Positions 1 to 8,235 of a stretch of DNA of 40,672 nt are shown here, piece after piece. The notes under the pieces are model-generated. The model had not been told where the DNA came from. It ran no database searches and was given only the letters and a program-made list of their open reading frames with translations. The DNA comes from Methanobacteriota archaeon (GTDB lineage: Archaea > Thermoplasmatota > Thermoplasmata > RBG-16-68-12), in the NCBI GenBank assembly GCA_005878385.1, contig VBMN01000074.1, forward strand, positions 1 to 40,672, given 5' to 3'. A program made the position numbers and the translations under genes. Each line of letters opens with the position of its first letter. The first letter of the stretch is position 1.

Positions 1-654
1 GCCTGTGACATCGCTTCCCGGGCCTTCGAAGAGACCCTCCCCTTCATCCAGTCCGGAGTCACGGAGGCGGAGGTCGCTTCCGAGCTCGTGTACCGGATGC
101 AGAAGAACGGGGCGACCGCGCCGTCCTTCCGCACGATCGTGGGGTCCGGTCCGAACGGGGCGGAGCCCCACTATACCGCGGGTCCAAGGAAGATCGAGCG
201 AGGAGACATGATCGTGATTGACTTCGGGGCGCAGTACCACATGTACTGTTCCGACATCACCCGCACCGTCGTCGTGGGCCCTCCCTCCGCGGAACAGCGG
301 CGAATGCACGACACGGTCGCACGCGCGCAGGCGGCCGCCCTTGCGAAGATGAAGCCAGGGGCGAAAGGGAAGTCCGTCGACGCCGCGGCCCGATTCCTCA
401 TCGACCGCACGAAATACAAGGGGCGGTTCATCCACGGGCTCGGGCATTCCGTCGGACTCGCGGTCCACGACCCGAGCGGCGGGCTGAGTCCCTCGAGCGA
501 CCTCGTCCTTCGACCGAATATGGTCCTCACGAACGAGCCCGGCATCTACGTTCCCGGATTCGGCGGGGTGCGGATCGAGGACGACGTCCTCGTCACGAAG
601 AACGGCCCGCGGGTCTTGAGCACGGCCCCGCGGGAATTCCTGGAACTGGGATAG
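1..654 (+). CDS. Xaa-Pro aminopeptidase (M24 family), 5'-truncated by window edge
   Basis: Frame open from base 1 (ACDIASRAFEE...); pita-bread metal ligands in IDFGA...SDITRT, HGLGHSVGLAVHD, TNEPGIY, GVRIEDD. Confidence 0.93.
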   Translation, partial: ACDIASRAFEETLPFIQSGVTEAEVASELVYRMQKNGATAPSFRTIVGSGPNGAEPHYTAGPRKIERGDMIVIDFGAQYHMYCSDITRTVVVGPPSAEQRRMHDTVARAQAAALAKMKPGAKGKSVDAAARFLIDRTKYKGRFIHGLGHSVGLAVHDPSGGLSPSSDLVLRPNMVLTNEPGIYVPGFGGVRIEDDVLVTKNGPRVLSTAPREFLELG

Positions 655-657
655 ACC

Positions 658-1206
658 TCACGGAATCGGGACGTCCGAGAGCTCCCGGGCCAAGATGCTC
701 ATGCGGATCACGTGCACGAAGCGGCCGTCCTTGTAGATGTCTTCGCGGTGCACGCCTTCGGGGCGGAACCCGAGGCGCTCATAGGTCCGGATCGCACGCG
801 TGTTGTACTCGAGCACGTCGAGGGAGACCTTGTTCAGGCTCAGTGGGCCGAAGGCATAGCGGAGCGCGGTCCGCATCGCCTCGGTCCCGTAGCCCTTCGA
901 CCAGAAGGTCGGTTCTCCGATCACGATTCCCACCTCCGCCTTCCGATGCACGCGGTCGATCTTATGCAACCCGATGTTCCCGATGTGGGTGCCTTCCGCT
1001 TCGATGGCGAAGATCTGTTCGTCCGTCCTCCGCTCGTAGTCTCGGAACCATCGCTCCTCCTCCGATAGGGTCACCGGAGAGTTCCGGCCGAGGAAATGGA
1101 TGATCTGCGGGTCTGAGAACCATTTCACGCAACGCCGGAGATCGGTCGAAGCGAGAGGCCGGAGCCGGAGGCGATCTCCTTGCAGGATCCGGCGGGTTTC
1201 CAGCAC
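658..1206 (-). CDS. GNAT N-acetyltransferase, RimJ/RimL type
   Basis: LRLRPL N-terminus, IGNIGL, AEVGIVIG, FWSKGYGTEA acetyl-CoA motif, N-x-RA..YERLGF..EG; GTG at 1206 chosen as likely start (track ORF extends to 1332). Confidence 0.88.
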   Translation of the reverse strand: MLETRRILQGDRLRLRPLASTDLRRCVKWFSDPQIIHFLGRNSPVTLSEEERWFRDYERRTDEQIFAIEAEGTHIGNIGLHKIDRVHRKAEVGIVIGEPTFWSKGYGTEAMRTALRYAFGPLSLNKVSLDVLEYNTRAIRTYERLGFRPEGVHREDIYKDGRFVHVIRMSILARELSDVPIP

Positions 1207-1334
1207 GAGGTCCCGACTTGAAGCCGGCGCTAAAGACCTTTGCTCGTCTGCGTCGTTCCATGAACTACCTCGGTCCCACTGACCGATCCGAACCGGACGA
1301 TGCTTTGAAATCGGCGCGGCCCTTCTCCGCAATC

Positions 1335-2342
1335 GTGATCGTATACGATCCGCGGTACCTCGATCATGTTCCGTCCCCCCTCCATGTGGAGAGGCCGGAC
1401 CGACTCCGGTCCATCGTCGAGCGATTGCAGCGGGAAGGACTCTTTAACGAAGTCGAAAAGCCTCCGAGCGCCACGGTCGTCGACCTTCGGCGCGTCCATC
1501 GGGAATCGTATGTGGAGCTGGTCCGCACCCTCGGCGAGGGTTTCGTGGATCCGGAGACCGCGATCCATCCTGATACATTCGACATCGCCCGGCTCGCGGT
1601 GGGTGGCGTCCTCCTGGCGACGCGCGTCGCCGTGCGAGACGGGCGCCCGACAGTCGCCCTCGTACGGCCTCCCGGCCACCATGCGGGTCCCGACTACGGC
1701 GGCGGGTTCTGCTATCTGAACAACGTCGCGATCGCCGCGGCGGAACAAGTCGCGCATGGACATCGGGTTGCCATCTTGGATTACGACGCCCACCACGGGA
1801 ACGGGACGCGGGACATCTTTGCGGAGGATCCCGCGGTCCTCTATGTGTCCACGCATCAATTCGGGATTTATCCGGGGACGGGTCCCGCGGAGGACATCGG
1901 GACCGGCGAGGGACGCGGCTTCACCGTGAACGTCCCGTTCACGGCGGGCTGCGGCGACGCATCGTATTCCGCAGCGTTGGACGCGGTGGTCGAGCCGATT
2001 CTCGAACAATTTCGTCCAGACCTGGTCCTGATGAGCCTGGGAATCGATGCGCACTACCGCGACCCGCTCACCTCGCTCACGCTTTCATCCCCCGCGTATG
2101 TGGATCTCGTCAAACGGAGCGCAGCCCTCGCCGCCCGTCTGTGTTCGAACCGGTTCGCTATCGCCTTGGAGGGCGGATACCACCTCGAGGCCCTCAGCGA
2201 AGTGATCGCCGGGGTCATGGCCGAGCTCGGAGGCCGCTCCATCCCCCTCGCGCTGTCCGAGGTCCTCGACGACAAGGGTCGCGGGCGGGAGGCGATCGAG
2301 GCGACGAAGCGGGCCCAGCGCGACGTTTGGAACTTACGCTGA
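1335..2342 (+). CDS. Zn-dependent histone-deacetylase-family protein
   Basis: HVERPDR, RPPGHHA, GFCYLNN, DYDAHHGNGT, GIDAH..DPL, LEGGY; start GTG 1335 or TTG 1305 uncertain. Confidence 0.93.
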   Translation: MIVYDPRYLDHVPSPLHVERPDRLRSIVERLQREGLFNEVEKPPSATVVDLRRVHRESYVELVRTLGEGFVDPETAIHPDTFDIARLAVGGVLLATRVAVRDGRPTVALVRPPGHHAGPDYGGGFCYLNNVAIAAAEQVAHGHRVAILDYDAHHGNGTRDIFAEDPAVLYVSTHQFGIYPGTGPAEDIGTGEGRGFTVNVPFTAGCGDASYSAALDAVVEPILEQFRPDLVLMSLGIDAHYRDPLTSLTLSSPAYVDLVKRSAALAARLCSNRFAIALEGGYHLEALSEVIAGVMAELGGRSIPLALSEVLDDKGRGREAIEATKRAQRDVWNLR

Positions 2343-3482
2343 AGGACGACGTTTGCGCTCCGTCATCCGGCGCTCCTTCTCCTTCAGGATCCGTTTGTGC
2401 AGGGTCTCGAGGAGGCCCTTCAACGCGGCGTGGAGGTCCCAGTCGAAATGATGCGCGTGGTACACGTGGTGCGCGGTCGTGAAGCGCGCCCGGAGGGAAT
2501 ACTTGAACCGGTCCCCTTCGGGACTATACTTCTGGAAGTGGATCGCGAAGGTCCGCGGCTCGACGAGTTCCGCGATCCGTCGCATCTCCTTCTGGATGAC
2601 CGCGTAGATCTCGTCGTAAGCTTCCGGCGGCTCGTCTTCGAGGCCGCTGATTTCGACGAACAGCTGCTCCCGTTCGCGAAGCGCGGCGAGGCCCTGCATG
2701 AGGTCCTGGGTCGTGATGATGCCGACGGGCTCGTCCTTCTCCGTGACGATGACCGAGGAGATGTGGTTCTTCGCCATCAGTTCCGCCGCGCGGTGGACGT
2801 CGGCGTCCGGACCGACCGTGATCGGCGGAGAGCGCATCACACTCTGCACTTCGAGGACGATCTTCTCCTCGCGTCCGGCATGGTCGCCATACTGCTCCCG
2901 GACTTTCGGGCGGGCGAACAGGTCGACGATGTCCTTCATCCCGACGATGCCTTTGATGCGCCGATGCTTGTCGACGACGGGGACGGAACGCTCCCCGAGG
3001 GAGCGCATGATCTGGACCGCGTGCTCCACCGTGTCGTCCTCCGCGACCGCTTGCGGGTTCGGAGTCATGAAGTCCTTAGCCACGACGCCCTCGAGGGCCC
3101 TTGTCTCCACGAGGGCTCGCACCAGGTCGGACCGCGAGAGGATCCCGATCAGGGACTTTCCTTTCGCCACAGGGATCGCGCGGAAGCCCGTGCTGATCAT
3201 CTTTTCCGCAGCCTCCGGCAAAAGAGTGTCGGGCGTGAGTTCGGGCGGTACCTGCAGGACGGTCGAGACCTTCGCGGTGGGGGGCAGGTTCCTCCGCCGC
3301 ATCAGCTCGCGCAGCGTCACCACGCCGACGAGCCTCTTCCGTTCGAGGACCGGGAGTTCGTGGACATCGTGGGTCTTCATCTTCCCGAGGGCGTCCCCGA
3401 TCGTGTCATCGGGCGCGATCGTCACGAGGTCCGTCGTCATGAAGTCGGACACCCGGAGGTCTTGGACCTTGTTCCGCTTCAT
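2334..3482 (-). CDS. Four-CBS-domain protein with C-terminal HPF/RaiA-like domain (candidate ribosome hibernation factor)
   Basis: Four CBS repeats (e.g. V.DFMT..., LPV....LVGVVT.R, VGIITTQDL); C-terminal beta-rich segment ending DWDLHAALKGLLETLHKRILKEKE, resembling the HPF terminal helix. Confidence 0.8.
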   Translation of the reverse strand: MKRNKVQDLRVSDFMTTDLVTIAPDDTIGDALGKMKTHDVHELPVLERKRLVGVVTLRELMRRRNLPPTAKVSTVLQVPPELTPDTLLPEAAEKMISTGFRAIPVAKGKSLIGILSRSDLVRALVETRALEGVVAKDFMTPNPQAVAEDDTVEHAVQIMRSLGERSVPVVDKHRRIKGIVGMKDIVDLFARPKVREQYGDHAGREEKIVLEVQSVMRSPPITVGPDADVHRAAELMAKNHISSVIVTEKDEPVGIITTQDLMQGLAALREREQLFVEISGLEDEPPEAYDEIYAVIQKEMRRIAELVEPRTFAIHFQKYSPEGDRFKYSLRARFTTAHHVYHAHHFDWDLHAALKGLLETLHKRILKEKERRMTERKRRPSA

Positions 3483-3561
3483 GGTGAACCCGCCCCGGAG
3501 GAAGGCAACGATAGCGGAGGTGCGTATAAGAAAGTTCTTTCGGGTCGTCTCAATCCACGAG

Positions 3562-3840
3562 ATGATGGAGGTCCGCGCGATCGTGATCTTTCGCGGTCGC
3601 GTCCAAGGCGTCTACTTCCGAGCGAATTGCGCGGAGAAGGCGGAGAGCCTCGGTCTCCACGGCTACGTCCGCAACATGCCCGACGGAAATGTCGAAGCCG
3701 TCTTCGAAGGGGACCGTCCCGGGATCGAGGCGTGCATCGACTGGAACAAGACGTCCCAGCCTTACGCGCGGGTCGAAGCGGTCGAGGTCACATGGTCGGA
3801 GCCCCGCGGCGATCTCCGAGGGTTCCACATTCGACATTGA
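3562..3840 (+). CDS. acyP: Acylphosphatase
   Basis: GRVQGVYFR and GYVRNMPDGNVEAVFEG signatures; true start ATG 3562/3565 lies inside track ORF 2698..3840. Confidence 0.95.
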   Translation: MMEVRAIVIFRGRVQGVYFRANCAEKAESLGLHGYVRNMPDGNVEAVFEGDRPGIEACIDWNKTSQPYARVEAVEVTWSEPRGDLRGFHIRH

Positions 3841-3888
3841 GTGCCGCTCGTAATGTTCATCTCTCGGGCGGACGCGAGGGCGCCCGCA

Positions 3889-4098
3889 ATGGAGATGGAT
3901 GGTCCCCTCCGCCAGGCCGCGGCCCACATCATTAGCGGGCTCGCCCTGCTCCTCTTCGGACTGGTCCTGGCGCTGATCGCCCTCCTTCCGAACGCCGGCG
4001 TGACCGCTCTCGTTGCGTTTTTCTCTTCCGTGTTCGGACTCATTTTCATGGTGTCGGGGGCCAACGAACTCCGAGGGCGACCGTCGGGCCTGCCTTGA
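3889..4098 (+). CDS. Small two-helix membrane protein, unknown function
   Basis: Two long hydrophobic stretches; fills the gap between acyP and the convergent TatD gene; start uncertain. Confidence 0.6.
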   Translation: MEMDGPLRQAAAHIISGLALLLFGLVLALIALLPNAGVTALVAFFSSVFGLIFMVSGANELRGRPSGLP

Positions 4099-4111
4099 TC
4101 GTCCGAATCGC

Positions 4112-4945
4112 TCAACGAATCTGAACGTGATACGTGCGTTCTGGCATCTCACGATGGACGATGGTCGCCTGGTCCTCCGTGAGAAGGCCTTTCGCGATCC
4201 ACGCTTTCGTCTTCTTGGGCACGGTCGCCGGCCCAAGGACCGCTCCCGGCCGTCTCGGGTCGTCGATGTAGTCCGTCTCGAGGAGGAAGCGAGGCTCGCC
4301 TTTCAGCGCCTCCACGACGAGATCTTCCTTGGCAAGGATGGAAGGGACGAGGCCATGCGTGTCTTCGGTCCTTGTGAAGGGCGTCGAGTGGTGCTTGACC
4401 AGCCGGTCCGGAGGAAGGCCTGTCTTCGACGCCATCCGAGCAAATTCTGCGAAGGTGGCCGGGGTCGGGTCCTCCGTGTGAAGCACGACGGCGCAACCGA
4501 GTTCCTTCGCGCGGACCATCGTGTACTCCAGGAGAGCGTTACATGCCGCGAGGATTTCCTCGGACACCGGGAAATGCGGCCGGCCGACCTCACCGAACGC
4601 GACGGCCTCCTGCGTCGCGATGTGCCGCGCAGCCCCGTCGATTCCAGACCGCATGATCTCGATGGCCGCGGAGCGGCCGAGGGCCCCCTGCAATCCGAGG
4701 AAATCGACCGGATAGGGACCCAGGGCGACGAGCACCTGGAGGCGGGTCGCCTTGCGAACGGCGTCCGCCATCGCGAGCGTCTTTGCGTACGCTCGGTCGT
4801 AGTCCTCCGCGCGAAGAATCGGGATCTCGTCATAGGGTGAATGGGTCAGGAGGATGGCGGTGCCGCCCGCGCGCTCGAAGTCTTTCGCGGCCTCGACACC
4901 CCGGAACTCCGCGCGCAAGTGGATGTGATTGTCGAAGATCGGCAC
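4112..4945 (-). CDS. TatD-related metal-dependent hydrolase
   Basis: DNHIH, GEVGRPH, LHTE, KHH and LETD motifs of the TatD TIM barrel. Confidence 0.88.
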   Translation of the reverse strand: MPIFDNHIHLRAEFRGVEAAKDFERAGGTAILLTHSPYDEIPILRAEDYDRAYAKTLAMADAVRKATRLQVLVALGPYPVDFLGLQGALGRSAAIEIMRSGIDGAARHIATQEAVAFGEVGRPHFPVSEEILAACNALLEYTMVRAKELGCAVVLHTEDPTPATFAEFARMASKTGLPPDRLVKHHSTPFTRTEDTHGLVPSILAKEDLVVEALKGEPRFLLETDYIDDPRRPGAVLGPATVPKKTKAWIAKGLLTEDQATIVHREMPERTYHVQIR

Positions 4946-4969
4946 GCACCGCGGATTCGCAGCGGTCTC

Positions 4970-5434
4970 TTAGGCTTTCCCGGTCGGGACGGCGTTCTGG
5001 GGCGGACGCGACGCGCGCTCGCGCAAGGCACGGTTCATCTCCTCGAATCCCCGGCGCACATCCTGTTCCAGCCGTCGTGCGAGGAACGGCAGAAAAATTC
5101 CGCGGAACCGTTCCCGCTGCACGAACCGCGTGGAGCCCGCGTTCAGCGGCGTGAGTTCGAAGATGTGTTCCCCGTCGAAGAGACCTCGGATGCCTAAGTG
5201 GCCCAACCAGCGGAACTCTTGGTTCGGGACGACGACCTTCACCGTCGGACGGAATCGCATCGGGCGGGTACCGGACGCGCCGAGCTCCACCTCGAGGCGG
5301 GATCCGACGTCCGGCTTTCCCTGAACCGACCGAATGAACGGGTTCCACTCAGGGTAGGCAGCGAAGTCCATCAAGACGTGCCAGACGCGTTCGACCGGCG
5401 CGTCGATATCCGTCTCGGTTTGGAGTTCCAACAT
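4970..5434 (-). CDS. SRPBCC (START-like) domain protein
   Basis: IDAPVERVWHVLMDFAAYPEWNP ... GFEEMNRALRER pattern. Confidence 0.88.
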   Translation of the reverse strand: MLELQTETDIDAPVERVWHVLMDFAAYPEWNPFIRSVQGKPDVGSRLEVELGASGTRPMRFRPTVKVVVPNQEFRWLGHLGIRGLFDGEHIFELTPLNAGSTRFVQRERFRGIFLPFLARRLEQDVRRGFEEMNRALRERASRPPQNAVPTGKA

Positions 5435-5437
5435 CGT

Positions 5438-5989
5438 CTAGCGGAGGAGCCCGGCCGCTTTCAGCTCTTCCGTGATCTTCTCGACCGCCTGCTCGACGTC
5501 CTGCGGCTTGCGGGCTCCCGTGCACACGAGTTTGCCGCTCCCAAAGAGGAGCACGACCACCTTCGGCACGTCGATTCGGTAGACGAGCCCGGGGAACTGC
5601 TCCGGTTCGTATTCCACCTTCTCGAGGCCGAGGGAAATCGCGATTGCGTTCAGATTGATTTCCGTGCCCAGGTCGGACGAGGCGACGATGTTCTGGACCT
5701 CGATCTCCGGGTTCTTCTTGATGGGGATGCCGGCGGCCTCGATCTGCTTCGCGACGATTTCAATCGCCTGCTTCACGTGCTCGAGGCTCTTCGCCCCCGT
5801 GCAGACGACCTTGCCGCTCCGGAACAGGAGGGTCGCGGTCTTCGGCTCCTTGAGGCGGTAGATCAGTCCGGGGAATTGCTCGGGCTCATACTCCGCGCCT
5901 CCGAGGGCGAGGGCGATCGCCTGGAGGTCGAGCTCCTCCCCAAGGGAGGTCGAAGCGACCACGTTCTCAATTTTGATTTTAGCCACCAT
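5438..5989 (-). CDS. tbp: TATA-box binding protein
   Basis: Two repeats of NVVAS/NIVAS..YEPEQFPGL.YR...F.SGK.VCTGA; ATG at 5989 preceded by GGAGGTGA SD. Confidence 0.98.
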   Translation of the reverse strand: MVAKIKIENVVASTSLGEELDLQAIALALGGAEYEPEQFPGLIYRLKEPKTATLLFRSGKVVCTGAKSLEHVKQAIEIVAKQIEAAGIPIKKNPEIEVQNIVASSDLGTEINLNAIAISLGLEKVEYEPEQFPGLVYRIDVPKVVVLLFGSGKLVCTGARKPQDVEQAVEKITEELKAAGLLR

Positions 5990-6096
5990 ATCACCTCCGA
6001 GCTTGCCGGCGGTCCCATGGAGCCTGCCGGGGCTCGGCAAGGTTGGGGAGTTAAATAGTCCTTTATAAGGTTTGGTCGCAGACGTGCGCATTCCGA

Positions 6097-7014
6097 CTAC
6101 TCAGCCGCCGACTCGCGGGCTCGCACGACCGCGTACATGGCCTGGTTCAACGGGACACCGATTCGGTGGCGGGCTGCCGCCCGGACGATGGGTCCCGTGA
6201 TGGCGTCGATCTCCGTCCGATGGCGTCGGTCCAGATCCTGCAACATGCTTCCACGATTCGCGGCGGTCCGCTTGGCGATCAACAAGGTGCGGTGACGGAG
6301 CTCCTCCGCGTCCACGTGGGCGCCCTCCGCTTTGGCGACCGACGCGGCCTCTCGACACACGGCCTCAAGGACCGCAAGGAGCCTCTTGTCGCGGATCAAG
6401 CGGCCATTCGGGACGCCGGCCACCGCCGCGAGCGGATTGATCGACGCATTCACGACGAGCTTGGACCACAGCTCGGTCCGGACGTCGCTCGTGACCTGCG
6501 CAACGATCCCGACATCGGCGAGGACGTCCCTCAGCCGGACGAGATCGGCCTCGTCCACGTGGGACCACGCACCGAGGACGGTGTCGCCGACTCCGGCATG
6601 TCGGATCTCACCGGGACCGACATAGGTCACGCCGATGGCCGTCGTGCCAGCGACGACGCGGCGCGCCGTCTTCGCGATCGTGTCCGCATTCCCGAGTCCG
6701 TTCTGGAGTGTCACAAACGTGGACCGATCCGCGAGGCGCTGCAGAGCGAGCATCGCGTCCGGCGTGTCATACGCCTTCGTCGTCACGAAGACGAGATCGG
6801 GTTTTGCGTTCTGCGGTACCGTCGTCGATGCATCGGGCTTCGCGATCACGGATGTCTTCCCCATGATGCGAAGTCCGTGCGCGCGAATTGCATCGACGTG
6901 TTCCGATCGTCCGATCAGCACGACGTTGTGTCGGCGCGAGAGCATTCCGCCGATGAAACTGCCCATCGCGCCCGCTCCGAACACGAGAATTTCCACAGTT
7001 CGCCGGAGTAGCAT
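6097..7014 (-). CDS. panE: 2-dehydropantoate 2-reductase
   Basis: GAGAMG Rossmann motif, TTKAYD, LQNGLG, WSKLVVNASIN, SMLQD, TEIDAITG; alternative GTG start at 6996. Confidence 0.92.
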   Translation of the reverse strand: MLLRRTVEILVFGAGAMGSFIGGMLSRRHNVVLIGRSEHVDAIRAHGLRIMGKTSVIAKPDASTTVPQNAKPDLVFVTTKAYDTPDAMLALQRLADRSTFVTLQNGLGNADTIAKTARRVVAGTTAIGVTYVGPGEIRHAGVGDTVLGAWSHVDEADLVRLRDVLADVGIVAQVTSDVRTELWSKLVVNASINPLAAVAGVPNGRLIRDKRLLAVLEAVCREAASVAKAEGAHVDAEELRHRTLLIAKRTAANRGSMLQDLDRRHRTEIDAITGPIVRAAARHRIGVPLNQAMYAVVRARESAAE

Positions 7015-7056
7015 CGTGTGAAAAAACGGTTTCGGTGCTCTCGACGCATTGCTCGC

Positions 7057-7068
7057 TTTTTATAAAAA
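7057..7068. promoter_or_regulatory. Palindromic TATA-like element in the divergent intergenic region
   Basis: TTTTTATAAAAA (perfect palindrome) in an AT-rich island between panE (-) and the micro-ORF (+). Confidence 0.55.
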
Positions 7069-7102
7069 TCGAAGAATGTCCGAATTTTCTCGCCTTCGCT
7101 AC

Positions 7103-7139
7103 TTTTAAAACCCCTTAGACTATTACAGATTTAGGGAGG
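7103..7139 (+). promoter_or_regulatory. TATA box and Shine-Dalgarno for the micro-ORF
   Basis: TTTTAAAA at 7103-7110; GGGAGG at 7134-7139, 6 nt before GTG 7146. Confidence 0.6.
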
Positions 7140-7145
7140 AAACAA

Positions 7146-7184
7146 GTGGCCAAGAAGAAAAAGGGCAAGAAAAAGAAGCGATAG
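7146..7184 (+). CDS. Putative 12-aa Lys-rich micropeptide MAKKKKGKKKKR
   Basis: GTG GCC AAG AAG AAA AAG GGC AAG AAA AAG AAG CGA TAG; SD, TATA and downstream hairpin plus T-rich tract; mixed AAG/AAA codons hold frame. Confidence 0.6.
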   Translation: MAKKKKGKKKKR

Positions 7185-7206
7185 GCCGCTTGCCCACACA
7201 ACCCTA

Positions 7207-7272
7207 GCGGTGATTCGCCCTTCGCGGCTCACCGCGCCGCACCCTTTTCCCGTTTTTCATTCCCTTTTATTT
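7207..7272 (+). terminator. Hairpin plus pyrimidine/T-rich tract after the micro-ORF
   Basis: GCGGTGA(7207-13)/TCACCGC(7229-35) stem followed by CCCTTTTCCCGTTTTTCATTCCCTTTTATTT; partly overlaps the 3' end of the convergent EndoV gene. Confidence 0.5.
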
Positions 7273-8176
7273 CTCTCGAGACTCGATCTGCAATTCGCAG
7301 CGCTTCCGGGTATCTGTGCTGCGTGGTCTTACGGACCAAATCCAGTGCGCGCGGGAGAGAAATGCGATGACCGACGGAGACGTAGATCGCGCGCGATCGA
7401 TTCGGCGGTGTCCACGCATATCCGCGTGTGACTCCGTCGATGCGGACCGAGTGAGCGGCCGCATGTTTCTCGGACGTCGGTTGAACGCGACCGGCGAGCG
7501 GATGCTTTGCCACACCGATCGTCGGCAGATCGAGGCGGATTCCCGTGTAACAGGCGATGCCGAACAGCGCGGGGTGCAATCGCCCGTGTCCATCGATCAT
7601 GAGCACATCGGGTCGCCGGGAGAGCCGCCGGACCGCCGACTCGATTCCCGGGAACTCTCGGTAGGCGAGGTACGTCGGGATGTATGGGAAATCCACCTGC
7701 CTTCGGACGAGGGCGATCTCAATCGTCTCGAGATTTCCGAGAGCGATGGAAACGGCGGCCGCATACATCTCATCCCCTTGGTAGCCCACATCGACGCCGC
7801 CGATGATCTCGATCGGTCCGGGAGCGTCCCGCTCGATGACCCTGGAAGCGAGTCGCCGCTGTTCAGCACGAAGGAGTCCGAGGAATTTGACGCTGGGCAA
7901 CGAGGCGACAATCCGGGAATCATCGACGCGACCTCGGGCGAGGTGGAGGCCCTCTCGCTCAAGGCGCCGCCGGGCTTGTGCGAGGACGGGCCGACCGTCG
8001 GCGCGGACGACGCGGTGGCCTTCCGGCGTGTCCGGATGATCTACTAGCCAGGTTGCGACGGCACGTGCGGCTCGTACGTCGCCGAGGGCGCGGGCGACGG
8101 CACCGCACGTCGCCACTCGCCTGCGCGGAATTTCGGCGAGGCATTGCGACACGGCCTTCGCGAAGTTCGAGTCCAC
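7229..8176 (-). CDS. nfi: Endonuclease V with N-terminal O6-alkylguanine-DNA alkyltransferase (AGT/ATL)-like domain
   Basis: N-terminal IPRRRVATCGAVARALG...ARAVA...GHRVV (AGT HTH/active-site region); EndoV motifs GVDVGY, PYIPTYLAYRE, IDGHGRLHP, GVAK, YVSVGH. Confidence 0.92.
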   Translation of the reverse strand: MDSNFAKAVSQCLAEIPRRRVATCGAVARALGDVRAARAVATWLVDHPDTPEGHRVVRADGRPVLAQARRRLEREGLHLARGRVDDSRIVASLPSVKFLGLLRAEQRRLASRVIERDAPGPIEIIGGVDVGYQGDEMYAAAVSIALGNLETIEIALVRRQVDFPYIPTYLAYREFPGIESAVRRLSRRPDVLMIDGHGRLHPALFGIACYTGIRLDLPTIGVAKHPLAGRVQPTSEKHAAAHSVRIDGVTRGYAWTPPNRSRAIYVSVGHRISLPRALDLVRKTTQHRYPEALRIADRVSREIKGNEKREKGAAR

Positions 8177-8235
8177 GGACTTACATCGTCGCCAGCCCGC
8201 AAAACCTTTCTACGGAACGGTCCATCGACGGACCT

